IMG/VR virus record: IMGVR_UViG_3300020469_000001
Span: 41,273 to 105,272 of that record
Source of the DNA: a virus
Reading direction: 5' to 3' (one strand)
Length of the DNA: 64,000 nucleotides
The notes beneath the pieces are model-generated. The model did not search any database and had not been told where the DNA came from. It saw nothing but the letters and a program-made list of their open reading frames with translations. Below, in pieces: positions 35,781 to 45,560 of the stretch; within the stretch, counting starts at the first letter, position 1; each line of letters opens with the position of its first letter. The position numbers and the translations under genes are program-made.

Positions 35781-36498
35781 TATAGTAAATGTAAGTGGTG
35801 GGGCTGAGTGCTTTGCTGCTTTGTGGTGGGCAAAAGAAAATGGATTGAAACCAGTAGGATTACATCTATATAATAATCCACACAACCACCCAGCAAAAGA
35901 TGCACAATTACACTATGCTCAGAAACAATGTGATTTTTTCAAGATTCCGTTAGTAGTAGATAGAAATGAGTTACCACAACAAGTAACTCTAGCATTAGCT
36001 GTCAATCAACATATGTCAGCAGCTGCAACTTTATTACTTGGAAACCCAGACAATGATTGGAGATACTTAGTATGGGGAGCAAATGCAGAAGATTCTTTTG
36101 CACAAAGGCTACAATTAAGGTTTCCTATAAGAGCTTACTTGGCTCAAAGGTCATATCAATTAGACCTACATGGAGTATCAGCACAAGAAGTAATGTATGC
36201 TCCTATAAATATATTCCCATTTGAAACACTATATAAATCAGAAGTAGTTTCAATGATAGCAAAGAACTTATGGGACTTTGCAAAACACAACATCTGGTAC
36301 TGTTACCCTCCTGATAGAAAAACAGACCTAGTTAAAAAGATAAAGAAGAAAGATGATGGAGGTTACATTCCATGTGGAGAATGTATAAAATGTATTGAGT
36401 GGAAACACGCAGTACAAGTAGCAAATAAATCAGTTTACAAACAACAAGAAGGAACATTTAAAAAGAAAAAACCAAACCAACAATGGATAGACGAATAG
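35752..36498 (+). CDS. QueC-like PP-loop ATPase
   Basis: SGGAEC PP-loop variant; WYCY...PCGECIKC zinc motif. Confidence 0.65.
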   Translation: MEGLDKSINSIVNVSGGAECFAALWWAKENGLKPVGLHLYNNPHNHPAKDAQLHYAQKQCDFFKIPLVVDRNELPQQVTLALAVNQHMSAAATLLLGNPDNDWRYLVWGANAEDSFAQRLQLRFPIRAYLAQRSYQLDLHGVSAQEVMYAPINIFPFETLYKSEVVSMIAKNLWDFAKHNIWYCYPPDRKTDLVKKIKKKDDGGYIPCGECIKCIEWKHAVQVANKSVYKQQEGTFKKKKPNQQWIDE

Positions 36499-36881
36499 GA
36501 TTTACATGTGGAGCATTTGATTTGCTTCATGCAGGACATATCGTTATGCTAAAAGAGGCAAAAGCACATTGTGACCACTTAATAGTAGGATTACAAACAG
36601 ACCCTAGCATAGACAGACAAGACAAAAATCAACCTATTCAGTCAGTATTTGAAAGATATGTCCAACTAAACGCAGTAAAGTATGTAGATGAAATCATACC
36701 TTACGATACAGAACAAAGCCTTCTAGATTTACTAGAGGCAACTCCAATACATATAAGATTTGTTGGAGAAGATTGGAGTGAAAAACATTTCACAGGCAAA
36801 GGATTACACGAAATATTCTATACGAGTAGAGCGCACTCCTTTTCAACAACACAACTAAGGAACAGAATAAGTGATAGATGA
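36483..36881 (+). CDS. cytidylyltransferase (TagD/RfaE-like)
   Basis: GAFDLLHAGH, LIVGL, VKYVDEII, STT. Confidence 0.9.
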   Translation: MDRRIGFTCGAFDLLHAGHIVMLKEAKAHCDHLIVGLQTDPSIDRQDKNQPIQSVFERYVQLNAVKYVDEIIPYDTEQSLLDLLEATPIHIRFVGEDWSEKHFTGKGLHEIFYTSRAHSFSTTQLRNRISDR

Positions 36882-37401
36882 GTTAAAATCTTGGGGAGTT
36901 AAACCTGAGTATAGTGGATTAGGATTTATATTCCTGCACGAATCTAACAAGCAAGTTAGATGGAACTTCTATTGCCCTGACCTTACACCTGTTGAAGTAA
37001 ATGATTTTCATACCCATAGAATTAGATTTGAGTCCCAAGTAATAAGAGGGCGACTAGTCAACGAAGTATGTAAGTGGGAGAGGTCAAAAGATAGCCTACT
37101 ACAGATAGTAGAAACCAACTGCATACATCCACATTTCAGAAGAAATGTAATAGAAGAAAGTATTCATATACGACCAGACGGTACATACTCACTCCCAGCG
37201 GGTGCATGGTATATCAGCGAAGCAGATACCTTTCACAGAGTGAAGTGTCCCGAACAAACCATAACAAGATTACACATATTTGACAAGGAAACTAGAAACA
37301 ACTTGACAATAAGAAGAAAAGATAAAACGTTTCGTTGTCCTTTACAGGACTTCAAAAAGTCTGAGAAAGAATGTTGGGAAATAATTAGGACATTCTTTTA
37401 A
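36871..37401 (+). CDS. cupin-like hypothetical protein, paralog of 34179..34718
   Basis: GLGFI...NFY.P.L...HTHR..FES...FHRV. Confidence 0.65.
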   Translation: MIDELKSWGVKPEYSGLGFIFLHESNKQVRWNFYCPDLTPVEVNDFHTHRIRFESQVIRGRLVNEVCKWERSKDSLLQIVETNCIHPHFRRNVIEESIHIRPDGTYSLPAGAWYISEADTFHRVKCPEQTITRLHIFDKETRNNLTIRRKDKTFRCPLQDFKKSEKECWEIIRTFF

Positions 37402-37781
37402 TGGCTGGGGGAATATATAACGAAACATATTTTAAGAACTACCCTGAAGAAAAAGAAAGGGAAGGAATACTGTATGGTATTGTATTGGTAAATATGAAAA
37501 CATGGGAACGAGAAACTATAAAAGTAGGCATCGCAAAAGGAAGAACCTTCAAAGACGCAGTACGAAGAGGGCGTGGATTTACAAACTACGACATTCGGAT
37601 TCAGAGACTGTGGCAGGGGAATCTATACGATTGTTGGAGATTCGAGCAAAAACTACACAACCAGTTTCAGAAAGATAGACATAAAACGGAGCATAAATTT
37701 GGCGGACATACGGAGTGTTTCTCAATGGACAGCAAAATCTTGGAGGTATTTCCGAAGAAGAATGAGATATTTAGGGATTAG
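37401..37781 (+). CDS. GIY-YIG/T5orf172-like protein
   Basis: LYGI...KVGIA...EQKLH...GGHTECF. Confidence 0.55.
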   Translation: MAGGIYNETYFKNYPEEKEREGILYGIVLVNMKTWERETIKVGIAKGRTFKDAVRRGRGFTNYDIRIQRLWQGNLYDCWRFEQKLHNQFQKDRHKTEHKFGGHTECFSMDSKILEVFPKKNEIFRD

Positions 37782-39108
37782 CGAGGGCTTTCACAATGCA
37801 GCATACGCTGTAGTGGAAGGAGATAAGGTTATCTACGCAACAGAAGTAGAGAGAATAACTCGTGTAAAAAATGATAAAACAATACCAGATTTTCATTTCA
37901 ACACATTACAGAGTAAATTTAATTATGATGAAACAATTTTTTATGAACATACTGATATCAAGAATGCGAGACGAGACATGTACAGAATGGCAAAAACAAC
38001 GCCGTGCAGACCGTATACTCACAGAAATATATTTCACCATGAAAGCCATTACGCCGCTGCTTATTTTTCTGCTCCTTTCACTCCTGACAGCACGGTTGTA
38101 ATCGATGCTATTGGAGAGTTTGATACAGCAACAATATGGGTAGAGGGTAAGAAAGTATGGTCAAAGCAATACCCATGGTCACTAGGATTATTCTATAGTG
38201 CAATCACGAAACGAATAGGACTAAAACCAAACGAAGATGAGTATATTACTATGGGCATGGCTGCCTTTGGGGATATATCTATAGATATGCAGGAAGAAAT
38301 ACACCAAAATAATCACAAAGGTTTTAAGAGACGTAAGTGGTTTTGGCACACTCCTGAAGATATAGCTGCGTCAGCACAAGCTCATCTAGAAACAGAGCTA
38401 CTAGACATCTTTGCAAAAGCAAGGAAGTATGGACCAAATGTAGCGTATGCTGGTGGGGTTGCGTTAAACTGTGTGGCAAACAGTAAGATAAGACCTATGT
38501 TTGACAATATGTGGATATTTCCAAACCCAGGCGATGCAGGTAGTGCGTTAGGTTGCGTACTTGCAAAAACTAAACAGAAAATAAAATTCGAAGACACTTT
38601 CCTAGGACATGATATAACAAGAAGTATCAATCCTAAGTTAGTAGTCGATACACTACTTAAAAGAAAAGTAGTAGGAGTAGCAAATGGAAAAGCAGAATTT
38701 GGGCCTCGTGCCCTCGGGAATCGCAGTTTGCTTGGTGATGTTCGTTATGATATTAAAGACACAGTCAATAATATTAAGCGAAGACAAAAGTTTCGTCCTT
38801 TTGCTCCCGCAATCCTCGAGGAGTATTATGAAAAATATTTTGAAGGATACGGAAACGAATACATGCAATTCGTTGCAAAAGCGAAACACGACTACAGTTC
38901 TGTCACACACATTGATGGAACCTCAAGAGTCCAGGTGGTCAAGCCTAGCTCTAAGTCAGCACTGCGACCTATACTAGAAGAATATTACGAGAGAACAGGA
39001 GTACCTATGTTGCTCAATACAAGTTTGAATATTAAAGGCGAACCTATGGTTAATACTGTGGAAGACGCTGATAGATTTCAAAGCAACTACGGAGTGAGAG
39101 TATTTTGA
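37762..39108 (+). CDS. carbamoyltransferase (NodU/CmcH family)
   Basis: LGIS.GFHNAA, HHESH, DAIGE, MGMAAFG, GGVALNC, EFGPRALGNRS, FRPFAP, LLNTSLN. Confidence 0.92.
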   Translation: MRYLGISEGFHNAAYAVVEGDKVIYATEVERITRVKNDKTIPDFHFNTLQSKFNYDETIFYEHTDIKNARRDMYRMAKTTPCRPYTHRNIFHHESHYAAAYFSAPFTPDSTVVIDAIGEFDTATIWVEGKKVWSKQYPWSLGLFYSAITKRIGLKPNEDEYITMGMAAFGDISIDMQEEIHQNNHKGFKRRKWFWHTPEDIAASAQAHLETELLDIFAKARKYGPNVAYAGGVALNCVANSKIRPMFDNMWIFPNPGDAGSALGCVLAKTKQKIKFEDTFLGHDITRSINPKLVVDTLLKRKVVGVANGKAEFGPRALGNRSLLGDVRYDIKDTVNNIKRRQKFRPFAPAILEEYYEKYFEGYGNEYMQFVAKAKHDYSSVTHIDGTSRVQVVKPSSKSALRPILEEYYERTGVPMLLNTSLNIKGEPMVNTVEDADRFQSNYGVRVF

Positions 39109-39854
39109 TTTACTGGAACGGATGTAGTTTTGTTAGAGGCATGGAGATACGCAACCGTCCTCGTGATATCTTTGCTAACATTGTTAGTGAAGAATTTGGT
39201 CAACCTTGGTGGGATAATGCTAAAGTTGGTGGAAGTAATGACAGAATATGGAGAACAACCATGGATGACATGATACGGAAACCAGCAAAGCTAGCCATCA
39301 TCTGTTGGTCAGGAATAAATAGATTTGAGTATCTTGACGACCACAACACATGGAGAAGTGCAGTTTGGGTAAAGTATAAGTTTGATAAGAAAAATTTAAA
39401 AATTAGTGAACAATCAGAAACACACTTTCACCCACGCATGACATTGAAACAGTGGAAAGCTATACAGGGTTGGGCTATACACGTTCGTTCTATGAGATAC
39501 AATATTATAAATACATTTAATCATATGATAAGTATAAAGTATTTTTTAGAATCAAAGAACATACCATATCTATTTTACAATTTGTCTGATGGACAAATAC
39601 AACCCACACTAAAAATATTAGACGAGCAAAGAATGGAAGGCGCTAATAACTTGTGGGAGGTAGGACACATGAAGTTAAATGACTATCTAGATGAACTACC
39701 TCACTTGCAAGAAGAAGCTTTCTATGACATGTGTAAAAGAGAACAAGTGCCATTCGGACCGAAAGACCATCCATTAGAGGAAGGTCACAAGTTGATGGCA
39801 GAGAGAATTATTGGAGATATATATGATAAAAAACTGGATAAAGTCTTTAGTTAA
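39105..39854 (+). CDS. SGNH hydrolase-like protein
   Basis: NGCSF, GGSNDRI, HPLEEGH. Confidence 0.7.
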   Translation: MIYWNGCSFVRGMEIRNRPRDIFANIVSEEFGQPWWDNAKVGGSNDRIWRTTMDDMIRKPAKLAIICWSGINRFEYLDDHNTWRSAVWVKYKFDKKNLKISEQSETHFHPRMTLKQWKAIQGWAIHVRSMRYNIINTFNHMISIKYFLESKNIPYLFYNLSDGQIQPTLKILDEQRMEGANNLWEVGHMKLNDYLDELPHLQEEAFYDMCKREQVPFGPKDHPLEEGHKLMAERIIGDIYDKKLDKVFS

Positions 39855-40036
39855 GAAATGGAAAGCTTTGTGCTGGCAGTGGGAGAACCGCAACATGGTT
39901 GAGGACACTCACATTTATGAAGGCGAGGACAATTAAATTTTGTCCCAAAAAATCGTATCTAGCACTCAAAAAATAGTTCTTGACAGCAGCTCAAAAATCG
40001 TCTATAATATATCTATATTTTGGAGAGAGAAGCTAA

Positions 40037-40810
40037 GTGAAACAGATTATACCACCGACTAACTGTCCTTGTTGCGCTAGTATATTAGTATACCGCAATG
40101 ACCAGTTATTTTGTGAGGACATTACTTGTCCAGCACAGTGGGATAAAAAAGTAGAACACTTTGCTTCGACTCTTAAGATAAAAGGACTCGGACCTGCAAC
40201 TCTTAACAAGTTGCAAATCGAAGACTATGCAGAACTTTACGAACTAACAGTATCTGAAATAAGAGAAAGATTAGGAAGTACAAAGTTAGCTGAGAAACTC
40301 TTTGTCGAGATTGAGAAATCAAAACAAAGTAAGTTGGTTGATATTATACCAGCTTTCAGCATACCCCTTATTGGTCGGTCGGCTTCTCAAAAATTATGCG
40401 ATAGAATATCACACATCGAAGATATTAGCGAGAAAAGTTGTACTGAAGCAGGTATCGGACCAAAAGCATCGGCTAACTTAATTCAGTGGTTAGAAACTGA
40501 ATTCTACCCTAATCAATACTTGACAACACTACCTTTCAAATGGAATAATAAAGTAATTAGAAAAAAAGAGGTCATAGGAGTTGTTTGCATATCAGGTAAG
40601 TTAAAGTCATATTCGACTAAGGCACACGCCACTAAAGTTCTAAATGAATATGGTTTTACAGTAAAGAGTTCGTTGACAAAGGACTGCACTCATCTTATAA
40701 ATGAGAGTGGAATCGAGTCAGCAAAAACAACGACAGCTCGTGACCGAGGTGTTATAATAATAAGTAATATTAAACATTTGATAGAGGAAAATAAAAATGG
40801 CATTACCTAA
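40037..40810 (+). CDS. NAD-dependent DNA ligase, subunit B (Zn finger, HhH, BRCT)
   Basis: PTNCPCC...C...C, IKGLGP, IPLIG, GIGP, BRCT C-terminus. Confidence 0.88.
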   Translation: MKQIIPPTNCPCCASILVYRNDQLFCEDITCPAQWDKKVEHFASTLKIKGLGPATLNKLQIEDYAELYELTVSEIRERLGSTKLAEKLFVEIEKSKQSKLVDIIPAFSIPLIGRSASQKLCDRISHIEDISEKSCTEAGIGPKASANLIQWLETEFYPNQYLTTLPFKWNNKVIRKKEVIGVVCISGKLKSYSTKAHATKVLNEYGFTVKSSLTKDCTHLINESGIESAKTTTARDRGVIIISNIKHLIEENKNGIT

Positions 40811-41513
40811 ATGGACAGACGAAAGAACTCAACAATTAGTTGATTTCGTTGGAAGTGAGTCACCTATCTCACAAAACACAGTTGCTAACGCAGCTGATGA
40901 GTTAGAAACATCTGTAAGAAGTGTTTCTTCTAAACTCAGAAAAATGGGTTTCGAGGTTGAACTAGCTTCAGCTTCAGCTTCTAAATCATTCTCAGATGAG
41001 CAAGAAGCTACATTAAGCACATTCGTGCAAGACAATTCTGGCGTATACACATATGCTGAAATTGCTGGAAACTTTGAAGGCGGACACTTTAGTGCGAAGT
41101 CAATTCAAGGAAAAATCCTTTCTATGCAGTTAACAGAACATGTTAAACCTGCACCTAAAGTTGAGACTGTTAAGTCTTACAACGAGGAAGAAGAAGGGCA
41201 ATTTGTATCATTAGTAAATGATGGTGCATTTATTGAGGACATCGCTGAAGCCCTAGGCAGAAGTGTAAACTCAATCAGAGGTAAAGCATTATCTCTTCTC
41301 AGAGCAGGAGAAATCAATGCTATTCCTAAGCAGAAAGAAACCAAAGGTTCAAGCAAAGCTGATCCTTTAGCAGGTGTCGACATTGACGGCATGACTGTTG
41401 AAGAAATTGCTGATGAAATCGGCAAAACAGTAAGAGGCGTGAAAACAATGCTTACTAGAAGAGGCTTACAGTGTGCGGACTATAACGGCGCTGCTAAAAA
41501 AGAAATAGGCTAA
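40797..41513 (+). CDS. T5 D5-like DNA-binding protein
   Basis: RSVSSKLRKMG, SIRGKALSL, KTVRGVKTMLTRRGL...DY; synteny. Confidence 0.85.
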   Translation: MALPKWTDERTQQLVDFVGSESPISQNTVANAADELETSVRSVSSKLRKMGFEVELASASASKSFSDEQEATLSTFVQDNSGVYTYAEIAGNFEGGHFSAKSIQGKILSMQLTEHVKPAPKVETVKSYNEEEEGQFVSLVNDGAFIEDIAEALGRSVNSIRGKALSLLRAGEINAIPKQKETKGSSKADPLAGVDIDGMTVEEIADEIGKTVRGVKTMLTRRGLQCADYNGAAKKEIG

Positions 41514-41527
41514 ACTATTTCTATCCG

Positions 41528-41565
41528 AGGCGAGCAGTTCATCTATGGATTGCCTCGCCTTTTTT
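41528..41565 (+). terminator. intrinsic terminator
   Basis: AGGCGAG...CTCGCCT followed by T-run. Confidence 0.7.
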
Positions 41566-41597
41566 GTATATATTAACTTTGTTTTGGGAGAGACAGA

Positions 41598-42959
41598 TTG
41601 ACTTTAGAGAGTGCATTACTCAAACAAATACTTGCGAATGGCGACTTTGAGACTTGGAATGGTCTGAAAGAACACTATTTCCCAGAAGGTGAGTACCGAA
41701 AACTGTGGCGAATAGTAGACAAACATGTTCACAAGTATAACGATTTACCTAGCTTTGAAGATTTAAAGCTAGAAGTCCGTTCGCGTGATTTACAAGAAAA
41801 AATATATGCAATCGAAACAGTTGAAACAGATGTCGAGTCTATAATTCTATTAGACTATCTGAAAAATCAATTTACTCAATCCGAGATATTATCGAAAATC
41901 GAAAACTATGTTGACACACAAGTAGCTATATCAGATGCTAGAGAAAACATAGACCTACTACAAGAAATTGTTGTGCAAGTGGAAGATAGCGTTGACACCA
42001 ACGACGAAGCTGACAACATGGAAACTGTAGAGCTTTTCGATAGTGATGAGGACTTAGCAAAGTTTTTACCGCTCGGGCTCAATCAAGAATACGACCTGGA
42101 CTATACATTCTCTCCCAAAGACTTGGTAGTTATCGGTGGACAGCGTGGTGGAGGTAAGTCCTTTACCTGTTGTAACGTGGCAGCTGCTGCCCAAGATAAG
42201 GGCAAATCAGCACTATACTTTACTATTGAAATGGACACTAGACAAATGTTGCAGAGAATCTGTGGTATTCAGACAGGTGTTCCTAGTAAGCGAATCAAAG
42301 CAAAGAATCTTTCTCCAATGGAGTGGGATAAAGTTGCTCAATGGTGGGCTGCTAGATTCAATTCAGGAGAAGAAGTCTACAGTAAGTGGCAAGACCACCA
42401 AGATTTCGACAAGTTCCATTATGAACTTAGTAGAAACAGACTGAAAGAAGGACAACCTCTCATAGATATTCATTACGACCCATCACTTACTTTAGCGAAA
42501 ATTATTAGCGTAGTAAGACAAAAGCAAGTCCAGTTACCAAACTTGGGCGTGGTCATAGTGGACTATCTAAACCAAGTGAAACGCCATAACGCACCAAATC
42601 GTTCAGGTCAGTATGATTGGACCGAGCAAATCGAGATCTCAAAAGGTCTCAAATCTCTCGCACAAGAGAGCAAAGTTCTAGTTCTCTCCGCTTTTCAGAC
42701 TAATGAGAAAGGAGAGGCAAGATTCTCAAAAGGAATCTTGGATGCTGTTGATGCTGCTTACAGCATACAGCATTGGGGAGACGAAGAACCTTGTATTAAG
42801 TTTAAGTGTGATAAGATGAGAAGTGGAGCAGCAGAAAACTTCACCTCAGAAATGAACTGGGAAACCTTAAAGATTGGGCCTCACACTGCCCTTGACCCAG
42901 ATGAAAAGTCAGAAATGAAAGAAGCAATGACAACAGGGGAAGATACATACGATCTATGA
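41598..42959 (+). CDS. replicative DnaB-like helicase (T5 D6-like)
   Basis: GGQRGGGKS Walker A, FTIEM, VIVDYL. Confidence 0.9.
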   Translation: MTLESALLKQILANGDFETWNGLKEHYFPEGEYRKLWRIVDKHVHKYNDLPSFEDLKLEVRSRDLQEKIYAIETVETDVESIILLDYLKNQFTQSEILSKIENYVDTQVAISDARENIDLLQEIVVQVEDSVDTNDEADNMETVELFDSDEDLAKFLPLGLNQEYDLDYTFSPKDLVVIGGQRGGGKSFTCCNVAAAAQDKGKSALYFTIEMDTRQMLQRICGIQTGVPSKRIKAKNLSPMEWDKVAQWWAARFNSGEEVYSKWQDHQDFDKFHYELSRNRLKEGQPLIDIHYDPSLTLAKIISVVRQKQVQLPNLGVVIVDYLNQVKRHNAPNRSGQYDWTEQIEISKGLKSLAQESKVLVLSAFQTNEKGEARFSKGILDAVDAAYSIQHWGDEEPCIKFKCDKMRSGAAENFTSEMNWETLKIGPHTALDPDEKSEMKEAMTTGEDTYDL

Positions 42960-43109
42960 TATTATACACAGAAAAACAACTTGAAGACGCATGGCACATT
43001 CATTGTGCAGAAATAGTATATAGCAACCAAGAAAGCACAGTATATTTAGCATATCCAACACTAGAGGAGTTCAGACCTATCTATGAAGAAATGATGGAGG
43101 ATATATTAA

Positions 43110-43763
43110 GTGGTCGCACATGATAAGAAATGGTGTTATGTACATATACCTAAATGCGGAGGTATATCAATAACAAGAGCATGGTTAGCTCAACAAGACA
43201 AAAAATTTTTATTCCAACATAGAAATTGGCAAGTAGGATTAAATGCCGATTTTATTAGAGAGGGAATAGACAACAGAACAAAAGGAACAGTATTTAACAA
43301 TATACACGCAACCTACGACCAGTTAGCAATACAGTACCCAAACTATAAGTATTATACTGTAATAAGAAACCCTCTCACAAGATGGGAAAGTCTTTATAAA
43401 CACGCTTGTGATGAAGGCTTTATAGTAGACTGGGATATTATAACTTGGACAAAGAAAGCAATACAGTCCCTAGAGAATGGGGCATACTTCGGTACTATAC
43501 AGAACTTAGATGTATTTGAAAAAAGTTTAGTTCGTATGGGCAGTTACCATGTGATGTATTTACCAGCATGGACATACTACAGAGAACCAGAAGTAGAAGT
43601 GCATAGACTAGAAGACCACACTATTTGGAAAGCTCTAGGAATAATAAGAAACAATCATCATGCCTCTATAACACAACTAGCAGGGTATGATAAAGAGTAT
43701 GTAATGAAATTAATTTACGAATACTACAGGAAGGATTTTGAAAGATGGCAGATGACAGAGTAA
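43110..43763 (+). CDS. sulfotransferase-family protein
   Basis: VHIPKCGG 5'-PSB loop; IRNPLTRWES. Confidence 0.8.
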   Translation: MVAHDKKWCYVHIPKCGGISITRAWLAQQDKKFLFQHRNWQVGLNADFIREGIDNRTKGTVFNNIHATYDQLAIQYPNYKYYTVIRNPLTRWESLYKHACDEGFIVDWDIITWTKKAIQSLENGAYFGTIQNLDVFEKSLVRMGSYHVMYLPAWTYYREPEVEVHRLEDHTIWKALGIIRNNHHASITQLAGYDKEYVMKLIYEYYRKDFERWQMTE

Positions 43764-44224
43764 GTAGAGAAACTGCAGAACTAGTACCTCTAGCACCACA
43801 TACTTGGTATGTAAGAAAGATAGGGTGGCTACTAGAGCAACCTAAAGTAAAAGAGAATATAGTAAATGTTCCGCCCAATGAACCACTGAGAGAAGCACTA
43901 AAGAAAGAAGGAGTGCGTTCTCCATTTTTATGTATGCCAAACTGGTACCCGATTGCAGGAAGTCAAAGACTGAGAGTGCTTAGTGAGATACCTGAACTAT
44001 GGGAACAAGAAGTAAGAGTATGCAGATTTGATAAAGAGTGGTGGCTACATTATTATTTATGGGGCGACACAGAATTTAGAGACAAAGCGGTTGCTGTTTG
44101 GTTTCAAATGGCAGAATTAGTATGGAAAAGTATGTACTATGAGAATGATGAAAAATTTAGGGAGTACGAAAGATTAGGAGATGAATTGGAATGGAAACAC
44201 AAGTCAAAGTTAACGGACAAGTAA
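43745..44224 (+). CDS. hypothetical protein (ParB-like motif)
   Basis: EGVRSPF...AGSQRL. Confidence 0.55.
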   Translation: MADDRVSRETAELVPLAPHTWYVRKIGWLLEQPKVKENIVNVPPNEPLREALKKEGVRSPFLCMPNWYPIAGSQRLRVLSEIPELWEQEVRVCRFDKEWWLHYYLWGDTEFRDKAVAVWFQMAELVWKSMYYENDEKFREYERLGDELEWKHKSKLTDK

Positions 44225-44685
44225 TAATTCTAGCAGACACAAATCCTTTACATCATGAAGGGTATTGTCAATGGAAAAATATAAATACAAAACAAATATG
44301 GAATGTTGATGGCAGCGAAGCACAAGTATGTTTCAATGCAGAGTTAGCAGAGCAGAAAGAGATTACTTTTCTAGCCCCAGTAATAACACGACCAAATACT
44401 ATAGAAATATGTAGAAACAATAAAATAATAGAGCATACATGGGTAGAGACAATAGACACAGAATTAGACCAGAATCAAATTATGGTACATGATTTATATG
44501 ATGGCAACATATTTGTAGATGTATGGGAAAAAGGTGTAGGTTATGTACCTAGTTGCGGAACAGGAGCTGCATCTGCAGCACTATTCGGTAATAATACATT
44601 TATGGATGTATATTGCAGAGGCGGTAAGTATACAATCAAAAAGGATTATTACAGTTGGACTATGGAGGCGGAAAATATTTCTTGA
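44191..44685 (+). CDS. short diaminopimelate epimerase-like protein
   Basis: WEKGVGYVPSCGTGAAS resembles the DapF ERGxGxTxACGTG motif. Confidence 0.6.
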   Translation: METQVKVNGQVIILADTNPLHHEGYCQWKNINTKQIWNVDGSEAQVCFNAELAEQKEITFLAPVITRPNTIEICRNNKIIEHTWVETIDTELDQNQIMVHDLYDGNIFVDVWEKGVGYVPSCGTGAASAALFGNNTFMDVYCRGGKYTIKKDYYSWTMEAENIS

Positions 44686-44720
44686 CAAATCCTTAAAAAT
44701 TTGTTATAATATATGTAATT

Positions 44721-45560
44721 ATGATAGCTGAAGAACTTCTTAGAGAAAAAGGAATTGATTATCGTCTTTCGGGTAAAGACGCAATAATCTCATGTCTGAA
44801 CCCAGAGCATGACGACACTAATCCATCAATGAGGGTGGACAAAATTACAGGCATATTCCATTGTTTCTCTTGCGGTTACAAAGGTAATCTATTTAGTTAT
44901 TTTGGTGCACCAGCATCACCGTTAGAAGTGAAGATGCACCGCATAAAAGAAAAGGTCAATAAAGTTAAAAGCGAAACTGTCGGTATCCAACTCCCAAAGG
45001 ATCGAGTGATGTGGAAAGGTGGCGGACTCAGAAATATATCTGAGGAAACTCTCGCAATATGGGATGCATTCACATGGAGTGCTCCCCAGTTCGAGAACCG
45101 TATCATCTTTCCTATTCGTGACATTCGAGGCAAGACAGTCGCACTGATAGGTAGGAGTTTAGATGACTTCTCACAAATGAAGTATTACATCTATCCGAAT
45201 GGCGTAGAAATGCCATTCTGTCCAGCAAAAGTAAAACCTATGCAGAATAGAGTTATATTGGTGGAGGGCATATTTGATGCTCTTAACCTTTGGGATAAAG
45301 GTCTCAAAAATACAGTGTGTACATTTGGCACACAACAAGTGAATTGGGTCAAACTAAGTCTGCTGAAACTACAAGGTGTTCAAGGCTTAGACATTATGTT
45401 TGACGGGGATGAGGCGGGTATAAAAGCTGCTGAGCAAGCCAAAGGCTTGGCTGAGAAACTGGAGCTCTCAGCAAGAGTAGTAAAACTAAGGGATAATGTA
45501 GACCCTGGTAATTTAACAAAACCAGAAATAGAAAGATTAAAGGAAAAATTATATGGCTAA
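44721..45560 (+). CDS. DNA primase (Zn finger and TOPRIM)
   Basis: CLNPEH.D..PS, HCFSC, LVEGIFD, FDGD.AG. Confidence 0.92.
   Translation: MIAEELLREKGIDYRLSGKDAIISCLNPEHDDTNPSMRVDKITGIFHCFSCGYKGNLFSYFGAPASPLEVKMHRIKEKVNKVKSETVGIQLPKDRVMWKGGGLRNISEETLAIWDAFTWSAPQFENRIIFPIRDIRGKTVALIGRSLDDFSQMKYYIYPNGVEMPFCPAKVKPMQNRVILVEGIFDALNLWDKGLKNTVCTFGTQQVNWVKLSLLKLQGVQGLDIMFDGDEAGIKAAEQAKGLAEKLELSARVVKLRDNVDPGNLTKPEIERLKEKLYG

Noticed and set aside
35013-36498. Complete 7-deazaguanine DNA modification pathway
   Set aside because: Only a divergent QueC-like gene is present; the radical SAM is SPASM-type rather than QueE; no queD, folE or dpdA in the window
37573-37761. Longer start for the carbamoyltransferase
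   Set aside because: Overlaps the upstream gene; the family motif begins at ATG 37762, which has a GGAGG RBS
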